Shown here piece after piece: positions 9,710-20,074 of a DNA stretch of 64,000 nucleotides (its first letter is position 1; every line of letters begins with the position of its first letter). The translations under genes and the position numbers were made by a program. The notes under the pieces are model-generated. The model worked only from the letters and a program-made list of their open reading frames with translations. It did not search any database and was not told the DNA's origin. Location: assembly GCA_026396015.1 (NCBI GenBank), contig JAPLXP010000002.1:5502-69501 (forward strand), in the 5' to 3' direction. Origin of the DNA: Candidatus Nomurabacteria bacterium. Its GTDB lineage: Bacteria; Patescibacteriota; Minisyncoccia; Phycocordibacterales; UBA9973.

Positions 9710-11374
9710 TTATACTATATCTACTATTCTTAATCGTAATTCTGTCCTACCAGCAAAGAAACTCTTTTCAAATGTCGCCAGTAGATTTATCTTGTCCCCA
9801 TCATTTAATTTAAAAGTCTCGCGAGTTTTGAAGAATGCAATAGCTTTGACTGCCCTCCGGCGAGAGTCCATGAATACTATTTCGAGGTGATTCTTCTCCT
9901 TTCCAAATTCTTTCAATGCAGCGATTTGAATATTTTCAAATTTAAAAATTGGTTTTGGGTTCCCCATTCCAAATGGGGCCATCTTTTCAATTACTTTATA
10001 ATTCTCGTTATTTACATCATCTAGTGTTATCGATGCATCTATCATGTAGGAATTATTATTTTCTTCTACCTCATCTGTTTTATTTGAAATAATATTCGCA
10101 TGCACAATATTGAGTCTCTCTTCGAGAAAATGAACTTCAGAATGCGACACAGCAAATCCCCCCGCCCCCACGTGACCACCGAATTCAAGAAGACTATTTT
10201 CTGGTAGCCCTGTCATCAGTTCTACAACATTCACTGATCCCCAAGTTCTACATGATCCACGGATAGTGTCACTACCCTCTTGCCCCCAGACAAAGACTGG
10301 CTTTTTGTATTCCTCTGCGATTTTAGATGCCACGAGTCCGAGTACTCCTACGCGCCAATCAGGATTACCGATCACAATTATTTCTTTTTCCTCGCGCGCG
10401 GACATTTTGTGCTTCACATCTTTCATAATGTGCGCGACTATTGTCTTTCTCTCTGTATTTATTTTATCCAGATGAGTGGCAAGAGTTTTTGCTTGAACGA
10501 GATCAGTAGTAGAAAGAAGTTCAAAGGCACGCATTGGACTATCCATGCGTGATGCTGCATTTAGCTTTGGAGCAATAGTAAAACCAACATCATCTTCAAT
10601 AATATTTTTAGGATCTACACTCGCCTTCTTTAGCAATTCAGCGAGTCCTGGTCTTCGAGCCTTTTGTAATACTTTCAAACCATAGTATGCAAGAACTCTA
10701 TTCTCGTGGAGCAGTGGAACTTGATCTGCAATAGTAGCGAGTCCTGCCATGTCCAATAGCCACTTCTCCCAGCCACTTTGAATATTCCAATACTCTCCAT
10801 ATTTTTTAATCAAACCCTGCACAAGCTTGAAGGCCAGTCCTGCGCCGCAGAGCATGTCATCTGGATAGCTACAATCATTCTGTTTTGGATTGATTATCGC
10901 ATAGGCCTTTGGTATGTGCTCGTGTGGAAGGTGGTGGTCTGTGATAATCACATCGATGCCATTCGCAGTCGCAGTAGCGACCTCATCTACTGCAGTGATA
11001 CCCAGATCAAAAGTAACCACGAGTTTTACATCTGTCTTAATAAATTCATCGACAGCCTCTTTGTTTAGACCGTACCCTTCTAGGTGCCTGTCTGGTATGT
11101 AAACTAGAAAATTCTCATATCCAATCTTTATAAAAAAATCATGCATTATCACAGCAGCAGGAATACCATCACAATCATAGTCACTATAGACCACTATTTT
11201 TTCTTTTGCCTCTACAGCTTCAAATATTCGTATGCAAGAACGCTCCATGTCTTTCAATAGATATGGGTCATAAATATCGGTCTCGTAATTTGGATTTAGG
11301 AATTTATCTGCATCTTCAATACTTATCCCTCTATTCTTCAAAAGTATTCCTAGTAGTTCAGTATGGTTTGGCAT
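9710..11374 (-). CDS. recJ: single-stranded-DNA-specific exonuclease RecJ
   Basis: DHH motifs (VVYSDYDCDGIPAAV ... ITDHH) and a DHHA1-like C-terminus. Confidence 0.9.
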   Translation of the reverse strand: MPNHTELLGILLKNRGISIEDADKFLNPNYETDIYDPYLLKDMERSCIRIFEAVEAKEKIVVYSDYDCDGIPAAVIMHDFFIKIGYENFLVYIPDRHLEGYGLNKEAVDEFIKTDVKLVVTFDLGITAVDEVATATANGIDVIITDHHLPHEHIPKAYAIINPKQNDCSYPDDMLCGAGLAFKLVQGLIKKYGEYWNIQSGWEKWLLDMAGLATIADQVPLLHENRVLAYYGLKVLQKARRPGLAELLKKASVDPKNIIEDDVGFTIAPKLNAASRMDSPMRAFELLSTTDLVQAKTLATHLDKINTERKTIVAHIMKDVKHKMSAREEKEIIVIGNPDWRVGVLGLVASKIAEEYKKPVFVWGQEGSDTIRGSCRTWGSVNVVELMTGLPENSLLEFGGHVGAGGFAVSHSEVHFLEERLNIVHANIISNKTDEVEENNNSYMIDASITLDDVNNENYKVIEKMAPFGMGNPKPIFKFENIQIAALKEFGKEKNHLEIVFMDSRRRAVKAIAFFKTRETFKLNDGDKINLLATFEKSFFAGRTELRLRIVDIV

Positions 11375-11402
11375 ACCAGCAATTGTAACATATAATACAT
11401 TT

Positions 11403-11807
11403 ATGAATGAAAATTGTATTTTTTGTAAAATAATTAATGGAGATATACCGTGCGCAATGATTTATCAAGATGAGGAAACTTTTGCTTTTTTAGATATAAA
11501 CCCTATAAATGATGGACATACACTAATAATACCAAAACATCATCATGAAAATATATTTTCAACACCATCAGATATATTTGCAAAAATGGCAATAACTGCT
11601 CAAAAAATAGCAAAAAGACAAAAAGAAATTTTAGGTGCAGATGGCATAAATATTGGAATGAATAATGAACCAGACGCAGGCCAAGTAGTATTCCATGCTC
11701 ACATACATGTAATGCCCCGATTTAAAAATGACGGATATGATTTATGGAAAGGAAAAACATATAAAGAAGGTGAAATAGAAAAAATCCAAAATAAATTAAA
11801 ATTTTAA
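11403..11807 (+). CDS. HIT-family (histidine triad) nucleotide hydrolase
   Basis: Histidine triad HAHIHVMPR near the C-terminus. Confidence 0.85.
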   Translation: MNENCIFCKIINGDIPCAMIYQDEETFAFLDINPINDGHTLIIPKHHHENIFSTPSDIFAKMAITAQKIAKRQKEILGADGINIGMNNEPDAGQVVFHAHIHVMPRFKNDGYDLWKGKTYKEGEIEKIQNKLKF

Positions 11808-11814
11808 TAAAAAT

Positions 11815-11845
11815 AAAAAATGCCCCATAGGGCATTTTTTATTTT
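11815..11845. terminator. bidirectional terminator between HIT and pgk
   Basis: AAAAAA-TGCCC-CATA-GGGCA-TTTTTTATTTT hairpin flanked by an A-run and a T-run. Confidence 0.6.
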
Positions 11846-12963
11846 AGAGCTTTAATTCCTGGTAGAGTCCCCTTTGCAAGGAATTCTAGTGTAGCACCGC
11901 CACCGGTCGATACAAAAGTAAAATCTTTTTCCATTTTTAATTTTGAAATTATTTCTACAGTATCTCCTCCACCAATGACTGATATAGCACGACTTGCGGC
12001 AATTGCTTTTAGTAATGCCTTTGTTCCAGCATCGTATCCATCCTCAATTCTTCCAAGAGGCCCATTCCAGAGTATTAATTTTGCCTTGCTTATTTCTTCT
12101 TCTAATTTTTTTATAGTCTCGGGACCTATATCATATATATGTTCATTCTTTGTGATATTGTTTGGTTTTGTAAAATGAGTTTTTTTGTTTTCTGATACAA
12201 GCAAATCAATAGGTAATATAATCTTTGGATTTTTGACTAGCTTTGGGAGATTATAATTCTTTTGCTCAACCAGTGATAGACCCACTTCATAACCCTGCTC
12301 TACAAAGACCTGATTTGAAAGTGCACCACCAATAAATAGTGAATCTGCTGTCGGTAAATATTTTTTAATTAAAGGTAATTTTGTTTCAAATTTTGCACCA
12401 CCTAGTATAAATAGGAATGGATGCTTTGGATCTTCAGATACGACAGAGAGATGCTTTACTTCATCGATCAATTGCAATCCAGCGAAGCTAGGCAAGAACT
12501 TTGCCACAGACACTACAGATGCGTGAACACGGTGAGATACAGAGAATGCATCATTTACATAAATGTCACCTAGACGAGAGAGTCCTCGTGCAAATGAGAC
12601 ATCATTCTTCTTTTCTCCTACTTCACGACGAATATTTTCAAGTAGTGTGACACTTCCTGGCTTTAATTTCTTAACCAATTCTTCTGTCTCATCGGAAAGG
12701 ATCGTTGATTTTATAAATGTAGAATTATCAACATATTTCTTAAGAACCTTGGCTATTATATCTAGGCTCTGTGTACCATCCTCACCTGCATGAGATATCA
12801 ATATCACAATAGCACCCTTCTTTGCGAGGAAATTAATAGTAGGAATAGCCTTTTGAATTCTAAAATCATCTACAACTTTATTATTTAAAATAGGAACATT
12901 AAAATCAACTCTTACCAAAATTCTCTTACCCTTTATATTCTCTATTTCTTTTATTGATTTCAT
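11839..12963 (-). CDS. pgk: phosphoglycerate kinase
   Basis: Full-length PGK with conserved N-terminus RVDFNVP and domain order. Confidence 0.95.
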   Translation of the reverse strand: MKSIKEIENIKGKRILVRVDFNVPILNNKVVDDFRIQKAIPTINFLAKKGAIVILISHAGEDGTQSLDIIAKVLKKYVDNSTFIKSTILSDETEELVKKLKPGSVTLLENIRREVGEKKNDVSFARGLSRLGDIYVNDAFSVSHRVHASVVSVAKFLPSFAGLQLIDEVKHLSVVSEDPKHPFLFILGGAKFETKLPLIKKYLPTADSLFIGGALSNQVFVEQGYEVGLSLVEQKNYNLPKLVKNPKIILPIDLLVSENKKTHFTKPNNITKNEHIYDIGPETIKKLEEEISKAKLILWNGPLGRIEDGYDAGTKALLKAIAASRAISVIGGGDTVEIISKLKMEKDFTFVSTGGGATLEFLAKGTLPGIKALK

Positions 12964-13718
12964 TTTATTTTGTCAGCACAAATTAAAATCTTGCTGAATT
13001 TTTTAGCATTTAAACTGTCTCGGCCAACTAATAAACCTGAGGCACGTCCTTCTATTAGGAAGGACTCTGCATTTTCAGGGTGAACAGAACCACCATACAA
13101 TATTCCGATATCATGAGCAGTTTTTACATCATACATATCTCCAATAATTTTTTTAATAAAAATACTCATTTCAATAAACTCAGAAACATCTGCTTCTCGA
13201 AGGGCATCTACCCCAATCGCCCAAATAGGCTCATAAGCTATCACAATATTTTTAATTTGTGATTTTGATATTCCTGCCAGGCATTCATGAAGTTGTTTTT
13301 TTATAAATGAAAGATAGAATCCATTGTGATCTCTTTCCTTTTCCCCAATACAAAGAACTATATTTAATTTATTTTTTAATAGAAGATTTATTTTTTTATT
13401 TATTAGTTCATTACTATCACCGCTTGCGCGAGATTCAGAGTGACCAACGATAGAATAAGTAATATTTTTATCCTTGAGCATTTTTGCAGATATCTCACCT
13501 GTATATGCACCATCAGAAAAACCAGAAACATTCTGAGCTCCGATTAAAATTTTGTTATTCTTTTTTAAATTTCCAATAAATAAGGACGGGGGGCAGACAA
13601 CTACACTAGTATTTTTTATATTTTTTACAGAGAGTAAAATACCAGAAAAAATTTTATCCGCTTCTTTTTGTGTCTGCGGGTTCATTTTCCAGTTGGCAAT
13701 TATAAGTTTTTGAGACAT
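12960..13718 (-). CDS. tpiA: triosephosphate isomerase
   Basis: IANWKMN start, AYEPIWAIG, GGSV motifs. Start set at MSQK; the longer ORF's extension would overlap the upstream gene. Confidence 0.9.
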   Translation of the reverse strand: MSQKLIIANWKMNPQTQKEADKIFSGILLSVKNIKNTSVVVCPPSLFIGNLKKNNKILIGAQNVSGFSDGAYTGEISAKMLKDKNITYSIVGHSESRASGDSNELINKKINLLLKNKLNIVLCIGEKERDHNGFYLSFIKKQLHECLAGISKSQIKNIVIAYEPIWAIGVDALREADVSEFIEMSIFIKKIIGDMYDVKTAHDIGILYGGSVHPENAESFLIEGRASGLLVGRDSLNAKKFSKILICADKIK

Positions 13719-13743
13719 GTGTCTATTATAGCACAAAATACGG

Positions 13744-15525
13744 CTATTGAACCTCTTTCCAAGAAGACACGCTCCATGACCCAGAAGGCCCACTTGAGAA
13801 GTTCATATCAGATAGGCCTGATTCATATGTCACGGTAGATCCTCCACTTATCGTTATTCTATAACCATTTGCCTCTTTGAGAGATGCACCGCCGTTTACA
13901 TCCAATGTTCCATTGGGAGTACACACTATCACAGCCCCTGCCCCACCGTTTACAGAGGCAGCATTGCCTGTTGCTGTAGACAATAACATTATATAGGAAC
14001 CAGCAGTTCCAGATCCTGTAGCATTTCCACCACCATTGATTTCCATACTTCCGTCAGCAACAAGCACTCCATCGTTTGCTCCATAACTAGAAGCTAATTT
14101 AATTGTCCCCCCACCATTAAGAGTAATCTTTCCTGTGACCCACAATGTACCAGTAACGGTGAGAGTCCTACCGCTAGATACAGTCAGATCCCCTACTATT
14201 TTCTTTGGACCAATAGATGCTCCACCATTTGGCACTGTGTAATCACCATTGTTTACACCACCCGCCAATGCGTCGGTCTTCCAAGCTGTAATATTTGCAT
14301 CAGATATTGGATCCGCAACATAAGTGGGATCTGCTTGTGAAGTACAAGATTTATTATTTCCAGTACCAGATTGACAATAAATATTACCAGTGGCATTTGT
14401 GTAATTCACTACATGAGCTTGAGCTGTTCCTGATACTGTGCCGATATGGAGTTGATTCCATTGACTACCAGAAGACCCTGCTATCGAGCCAGTCACACCT
14501 CCGAGGTAAATATTAAAGAAATAATCAAGTCCTACAGGAGTAGTACTATTCCAAGTTCCACCGGATTGACCAATCTTGCCTATCCCATTTGAATACCCAG
14601 CACTATTTGCACCTAAAATATAATTATTACTTGATGATCCAGTTCCTCCATCAATGACAACCCAGTAAGTAGTCCCCACATCCAAAACTGGATTCGTCGA
14701 AAAAGAAACTGTAATCCACCCATAGTTTGTAGTCACAGATGAAGCAGACAATGTACCCGTCGCGATGACGGTAGATCCAGGGTTGCTTCCACTATTATTC
14801 ACTATTTTTACAGTAGCATTTGCAGGGCTACCTAATTTTTTAATATAAAAAGATACACTATTTACAGGATTATTATCTATTGATACCTGAAAGCTTTGAG
14901 CTATATCCTGAGTACCAACAGTATTACCAAATGTAATATTATAGTCAGGTGTTCCTGTGCCATTAGACTGATCAGCAGCTAGTGCTGGACTATTTGCAGA
15001 TATAGCCGTTCCAGTAATGACAGCAGAACTACTACCAGTAATTGGACCATTTGAGTACACATTTCCATTCACCGTACCACTGTTTATATCCATACCCCCA
15101 AGACCAACCTGCACACCATAATTGAAAGACGCACCTGATGAAGTAGACAATACAAGATCCACCTTTCTCTGATATGATCTAGTATCCCCAAGAGAGCTTA
15201 TCTCCTTTTTTCCACTTCCTAAATCTGTAATAGTAGTAGCGGCCGTGGACGTACCTAAAACAATATTTTCGGTTGAGCTAATTTTTTTATTATTCTTGAG
15301 TCTGTACATAGCATCTTCTACACCTGACTCAGATGCAAAATATGACTGTTTTGATTTGAGGCTATTTGTCGCAATTTTGAACTCTCGAACAACAGGAGTG
15401 ATAATACCCGACAGGACAGTGATACTGATAAACAAGAAAAAAAATACCAATATCATTATTGCAGCACCTCTATTTTCTTTAATTTGTATTTTTTGTTTTA
15501 TCATCTTGAATAAATTAGTACCCAC
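13744..15525 (-). CDS. large pilus-associated protein (PilX-like hydrophobic N-terminus; Gly/Ser/Thr-rich, probably beta-rich extracellular domain)
   Basis: N-terminal basic stretch plus TM (KENRGAAIMILVFFFLFISITVL) without Glu at +5; first gene of a pilin/pilC/pilB operon. Confidence 0.5.
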   Translation of the reverse strand: MGTNLFKMIKQKIQIKENRGAAIMILVFFFLFISITVLSGIITPVVREFKIATNSLKSKQSYFASESGVEDAMYRLKNNKKISSTENIVLGTSTAATTITDLGSGKKEISSLGDTRSYQRKVDLVLSTSSGASFNYGVQVGLGGMDINSGTVNGNVYSNGPITGSSSAVITGTAISANSPALAADQSNGTGTPDYNITFGNTVGTQDIAQSFQVSIDNNPVNSVSFYIKKLGSPANATVKIVNNSGSNPGSTVIATGTLSASSVTTNYGWITVSFSTNPVLDVGTTYWVVIDGGTGSSSNNYILGANSAGYSNGIGKIGQSGGTWNSTTPVGLDYFFNIYLGGVTGSIAGSSGSQWNQLHIGTVSGTAQAHVVNYTNATGNIYCQSGTGNNKSCTSQADPTYVADPISDANITAWKTDALAGGVNNGDYTVPNGGASIGPKKIVGDLTVSSGRTLTVTGTLWVTGKITLNGGGTIKLASSYGANDGVLVADGSMEINGGGNATGSGTAGSYIMLLSTATGNAASVNGGAGAVIVCTPNGTLDVNGGASLKEANGYRITISGGSTVTYESGLSDMNFSSGPSGSWSVSSWKEVQ

Positions 15526-16042
15526 CTCTCAAAATAACAGTATCATAAAACTTTTCTGAAATTGTTCCGTTATTCAATGTTAATTCGATTTTCACTGCCT
15601 CTCCTGCACCAGTAGATATGCGCCTAAAAATCAGATTAGTAGCAGTAACATTTTGATTCAATAAATCATCCAATAAAGAATTATTTTCATAAATATTCAA
15701 AGATCCACTTAAGACAGAAAATTTTACAACACGAGCACTGCCACCTGAATCCTTGCCATTAAGAGTGAGCACTCCTGGATTCGATCCAAAGGTACTACTT
15801 GCAATATCTATACTGTTCGCCTGACGTATTTCTCGTGTGATACGTTCCATTCCATTGTTTCCAGATTCAAGTAAATTACGAGTTACACGAGTCTTATTAA
15901 AGGAAGAATTTACAACCATTGATGAAGCTATTATGGCAACAGAAACAATACCAAGTATAGCAACGTATACTAAAACTTCGATAATTGTGAATCCTTGGTT
16001 TAACTTATTTTTTATATTTTTTTGAGATGTGAATTTATGCAT
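15515..16042 (-). CDS. type IV prepilin-like (minor pilin/pseudopilin) protein
   Basis: Class III signal peptide QG|FTIIEVLV with Glu at +5. Confidence 0.75.
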   Translation of the reverse strand: MHKFTSQKNIKNKLNQGFTIIEVLVYVAILGIVSVAIIASSMVVNSSFNKTRVTRNLLESGNNGMERITREIRQANSIDIASSTFGSNPGVLTLNGKDSGGSARVVKFSVLSGSLNIYENNSLLDDLLNQNVTATNLIFRRISTGAGEAVKIELTLNNGTISEKFYDTVILRGGY

Positions 16043-16043
16043 A

Positions 16044-16541
16044 TTAATTAAAAATATTTGAAATATAAAAAGGTACAGACTTTGATATTGTATTACCGTT
16101 TGAAGTCCATGATGTCGTAACTGTTACTTTTTTTGTACCAGCATCGAGTGTACCAGAACTTGCAATATCATCATTAGAATCACGGTAAACAGGAGAGAAT
16201 ACTATGACACGAGTGAATGAATCAACTTTTGACGGAGTAGCAGAAAGAGACCATACATTGGTCGTGTTATTAAAAGCCAAATAATAATTAGTGTTATCAG
16301 TAACGCCAGAAATATTTGTCCAGTTTGTGTCTCTTAAGGATTTTACTGCTTCTGATCCTTCTTCAAGGAGAAAACTGGCTTGAACTTCATCTAAGGCTTG
16401 ATTAGATAAAATTATACCCTTATTTGTTGAAGACATTAGAATTACTGCCAATACTCCCAATACAGAAGTGGCAATCAACACTTCAATCAAAGAAAATCCT
16501 TGAATATATTTTATATAATTTTTTTTATTTAATTTAGACAT
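16044..16541 (-). CDS. type IV prepilin-like protein
   Basis: Class III signal peptide QG|FSLIEVLI with Glu at +5. Confidence 0.75.
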   Translation of the reverse strand: MSKLNKKNYIKYIQGFSLIEVLIATSVLGVLAVILMSSTNKGIILSNQALDEVQASFLLEEGSEAVKSLRDTNWTNISGVTDNTNYYLAFNNTTNVWSLSATPSKVDSFTRVIVFSPVYRDSNDDIASSGTLDAGTKKVTVTTSWTSNGNTISKSVPFYISNIFN

Positions 16542-16542
16542 T

Positions 16543-17022
16543 TTAATTTGAACTCACAATACCTGTTTTTCTAATTGTGATAGTTTTTGTCTTACTGTGA
16601 TCACTATTTAATTGTACAACAATCGTACCATTATCAACAGTATCTCCAGTTAGTCGAGTAAAATTTACATCAGATACTCCCCCATTTAAATTAATACCTC
16701 CAGTTGCAGAAAGAGACACCTTGCTATCAAAAATAATCTCAGTATTTGAACTATTTGGCTCACTAAACGTACCATCAGTAAACAGAATAACTCTACCACT
16801 TTCAATATGAACACTATAGTAATGTGAATTCTGAGAGGCCAAAGTCTGAGACCTAGCTTGATTCAGTAGTGTAACAATATCTTCTGCAGTATTTTTTAAA
16901 ATCTGCTGATCTCTGAATGTATACAAGGATGGCATTACTACTGCCAAAATCAAAGAAATAATTGCTATAACAATCAATAATTCTAAAAGTGTAAAAGCTC
17001 GATTTTTAATTAAATTCTTCAT
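16543..17022 (-). CDS. type IV prepilin-like protein (GspH/FimT-like)
   Basis: Class III signal peptide RA|FTLLELLIV with Glu at +5. Confidence 0.75.
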   Translation of the reverse strand: MKNLIKNRAFTLLELLIVIAIISLILAVVMPSLYTFRDQQILKNTAEDIVTLLNQARSQTLASQNSHYYSVHIESGRVILFTDGTFSEPNSSNTEIIFDSKVSLSATGGINLNGGVSDVNFTRLTGDTVDNGTIVVQLNSDHSKTKTITIRKTGIVSSN

Positions 17023-17023
17023 A

Positions 17024-18256
17024 TTATTTTATATTTTCCAATACTGAGTACATTGGTGTGAGCATAGACACTGCAAAGAATCCAACAGCTGCACCAATAA
17101 ATATCATCAGAACTGGCTCTATAATAGTAGACAAGTCTTTTGTTTTTGCATCAACTTCACCTTCATAAAATGAAGCAATATCTACAAGCATGGCGGCTAG
17201 ATTACCCGTTTCCTCTCCGACTTCCATCATTTCCCCCATCATGATAGGATACAGGTCAATTTTTTCCTTGAACACAGAAGAGAGCGGTAGACCTTTTTCT
17301 AGGTCAAAGATAGCTTTCTCTATTGTTTTCTTGTATTGATAATTTTGCAGTACATCTTTTGTAATATCCAAAGCTCTAGACATGTTTACTCCAGAAGATA
17401 ATAGTGACGATAAAGTACGAGCAGTTCTTGCCGAATTTGTCTCCTTGATCAAATTACTGATTACTGGCAATTTCAAAACTATATAATCTAACATTATTTT
17501 AGTTTTTTCAATTTTACCCAAAAAATAAAATACAGCAACAATACCTGCAAAGAAAAGAACCACAAGTCCTATGTTATGACTAACTGTATCTGACAACCAG
17601 ATTATAAAACGAGTAGAAGCAGGGAGACTCGCTCCCACATCCTTGAAAGTCTTTGTAAGAGTTGGAACTACGAACATCAGCATCAATACACCAATTAGGA
17701 TCATCGCACTAAATATCACACCTGGGTACATGAGTGCTCCTTTTATTTTTTTATTTAAATCATAAGATTTTTGAAGACTTGCACCAACCTCCCCTAGAGA
17801 CTTTGGTAGTGAACCAGATTCTTCTCCTGCACCAATCATCGCCACAAAAAGAGTAGAAAAAACATTTGGGAATTTTTTCATACCATCTGAAAGAGAGCTA
17901 CCTTTACTAATACTCTCAGATAATGACTTGAGAATATCTTTATAGGTAACGTTAGTCGATTGCTTTTCTAAAATAATTAATGATCGAGACAAAGATAAAC
18001 CAGCCTGAAGCATTCCTGATAAATTACGAGTGAAAATTATCTTTTCTCGCAATTTGATAGACCCAAAACTAAGATGGGACATTTTAGCTAAAAAAGTCTG
18101 CTCATCTATGGGCTTCAAAAATAAAGGCGTCTCACCTAATTCATGAACTTGTTTTGCTGCAGCAAATTTATCTACAGCATCAATAATGCCATTATGAATC
18201 TCGCCTGTTTTTGTTTGTGAAGTGTATTTAAATTTCATATTATTCTGAAACAACAC
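17024..18256 (-). CDS. pilC: type IV pilus assembly platform protein PilC (GspF family)
   Basis: Two GspF-type repeats, three TM helices, about 410 aa; directly downstream of the pilB ATPase. Confidence 0.9.
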   Translation of the reverse strand: MLFQNNMKFKYTSQTKTGEIHNGIIDAVDKFAAAKQVHELGETPLFLKPIDEQTFLAKMSHLSFGSIKLREKIIFTRNLSGMLQAGLSLSRSLIILEKQSTNVTYKDILKSLSESISKGSSLSDGMKKFPNVFSTLFVAMIGAGEESGSLPKSLGEVGASLQKSYDLNKKIKGALMYPGVIFSAMILIGVLMLMFVVPTLTKTFKDVGASLPASTRFIIWLSDTVSHNIGLVVLFFAGIVAVFYFLGKIEKTKIMLDYIVLKLPVISNLIKETNSARTARTLSSLLSSGVNMSRALDITKDVLQNYQYKKTIEKAIFDLEKGLPLSSVFKEKIDLYPIMMGEMMEVGEETGNLAAMLVDIASFYEGEVDAKTKDLSTIIEPVLMIFIGAAVGFFAVSMLTPMYSVLENIK

Positions 18257-20000
18257 GCAAAACTTCTTCAGCAGATGTTATCCCTTGCACTGCAAAGAAA
18301 ATTCCATCTTCAAGCATAGTCATCATACCCTCACTCTTGGCCTGATTCTCTATTTCATCAGCAGATGAGCCTTTAATAATTAATTCTTTAATAGTATTTG
18401 TTATTTTAAAAACTTCATGTATTCCAATACGTCCTTTATACCCTTCCTTATTATCATCTGTTATTACTGGTTTATAAAAAGGTATAGTGTCCCAATTGTC
18501 TTTCTCTCCAACGATATTTTCCTTTTTTAGCCTTGCAAGCATTTTATCCATATCTATTTTTTTTGCCATAGCCTGCTTTTCAACACCATTCATAAAATAT
18601 TTTTCTTTATTTTCAGTTAGCTTACGAACAAGACGCTGTGCAATAACAGTTTTTACAGTAGACACTATCAAAAATGGCTCCACACCCATATCAATAATAC
18701 GTGGTATCGTACCTGCAGCAGAGTTTGTATGGATAGTAGACAATACAAGGTGACCAGTCAGTGCTGCATTGACACCCAATGATGCAGTCTCACCGTCACG
18801 AATCTCCCCTACCATTATAATGTCTGGATCCTGACGGAGTAATGTACGTAGGCCGTTTGCAAAAGTAAGACCAATCTCGGATTTTGTCTGAGTCTGATTT
18901 ATTCTTGGCATTTGATATTCGATAGGGTCTTCAATAGTTGAAATATTTACATCAGGTGTATTTAAAATATCGAGCATTGTATACAATGTTGTAGTCTTAC
19001 CAGATCCAGTCGGACCAGCACAGAGGAGCATTCCTGTTCTCTGCTTCATGCCATCGTGAATCATCTCAAGTGCATCACCATGAAAACCTAACCCCTCTAG
19101 AGTAAAACCTTTTGAACTTTCCTTCAAGATACGAATAACTGTTTTCTCTCCAAAATATGTCGGCAACGTAGACACACGAAAAGAAACACGACCTTGTTCG
19201 TTTGCAATTTTAAATCTACCATCTTGAGGAAGACGCTTTTCGTCAAGTTTCAAATTTGATAATACTTTTATGCGTGCAGTCACACCAGAAGACATGTCTT
19301 TGGGTAGGACCATAGCGTCATGTAAAATACCGTCGATTCGATAGCGGATTATCAACGAATCTTCACATGGTTCAATATGCACATCAGAAGCACCCTGAAA
19401 TATTGCATGAGAAATTAGAGTATCCACAATCTTCACGATAGGTAGATCCTCAACTATTTCTCTTAATTCTTTTTCAGTTTTCTCTTCTCCATCTTTTCCT
19501 TCACTATTTATATTTTTTACAGCATTTCTAGTTTCTTTTTTGATGATATCTTCAAAATCGGCCTGCAGACTTTTTTTATACTGAGCTAGTGCTAATTTTA
19601 GAGATTCACTATCTGTTAGGCGTGGCAGAATTCTGAGCCCAATTTTCTTTTTAATAAAATCAATAACAGGAAGATTGGCTACATCCAGCATCGCGACTTC
19701 TAGTGTGTCATCACTTTTTTTATAAGCGATAATATTACTATTACGAGCAACCGGCTCTGGAATCAGAGACAAGACACTAGGATCAATTTTTTCGCCTTTT
19801 AAAGATACAAATGGAATACCCAATGCTTGCGCTTGCATATTTATCCAATCTTTTTCTGTAAGTTTTCCGAGAGATACCAATACATCCCCTACTGGCTGAT
19901 TCTTTTCCGCGGCTTTTTTCAAAGCAAATGCAAAATCAGTCTTTGTCACAAGACCTGACTCACGAATAAGATCCAATATCTTGGCATCATTGATATACAT
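18240..20000 (-). CDS. pilB: type IV pilus assembly ATPase PilB (GspE family)
   Basis: Walker A GPTGSGKTT, Asp box, His box; GspE-type N-terminal domain. Confidence 0.9.
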   Translation of the reverse strand: MYINDAKILDLIRESGLVTKTDFAFALKKAAEKNQPVGDVLVSLGKLTEKDWINMQAQALGIPFVSLKGEKIDPSVLSLIPEPVARNSNIIAYKKSDDTLEVAMLDVANLPVIDFIKKKIGLRILPRLTDSESLKLALAQYKKSLQADFEDIIKKETRNAVKNINSEGKDGEEKTEKELREIVEDLPIVKIVDTLISHAIFQGASDVHIEPCEDSLIIRYRIDGILHDAMVLPKDMSSGVTARIKVLSNLKLDEKRLPQDGRFKIANEQGRVSFRVSTLPTYFGEKTVIRILKESSKGFTLEGLGFHGDALEMIHDGMKQRTGMLLCAGPTGSGKTTTLYTMLDILNTPDVNISTIEDPIEYQMPRINQTQTKSEIGLTFANGLRTLLRQDPDIIMVGEIRDGETASLGVNAALTGHLVLSTIHTNSAAGTIPRIIDMGVEPFLIVSTVKTVIAQRLVRKLTENKEKYFMNGVEKQAMAKKIDMDKMLARLKKENIVGEKDNWDTIPFYKPVITDDNKEGYKGRIGIHEVFKITNTIKELIIKGSSADEIENQAKSEGMMTMLEDGIFFAVQGITSAEEVLRVVSE

Positions 20001-20035
20001 ACAAATATTATATCATATAAATAATTTATAAAAAT

Positions 20036-20074
20036 AAAAAACAGCTTCGATATTATTCGAAGCTGTTTTTTATT
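20036..20074. terminator. bidirectional terminator after pilB
   Basis: ACAGCTTCGA-ATATTAT-TCGAAGCTGT hairpin flanked by A-runs and T-runs. Confidence 0.6.
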
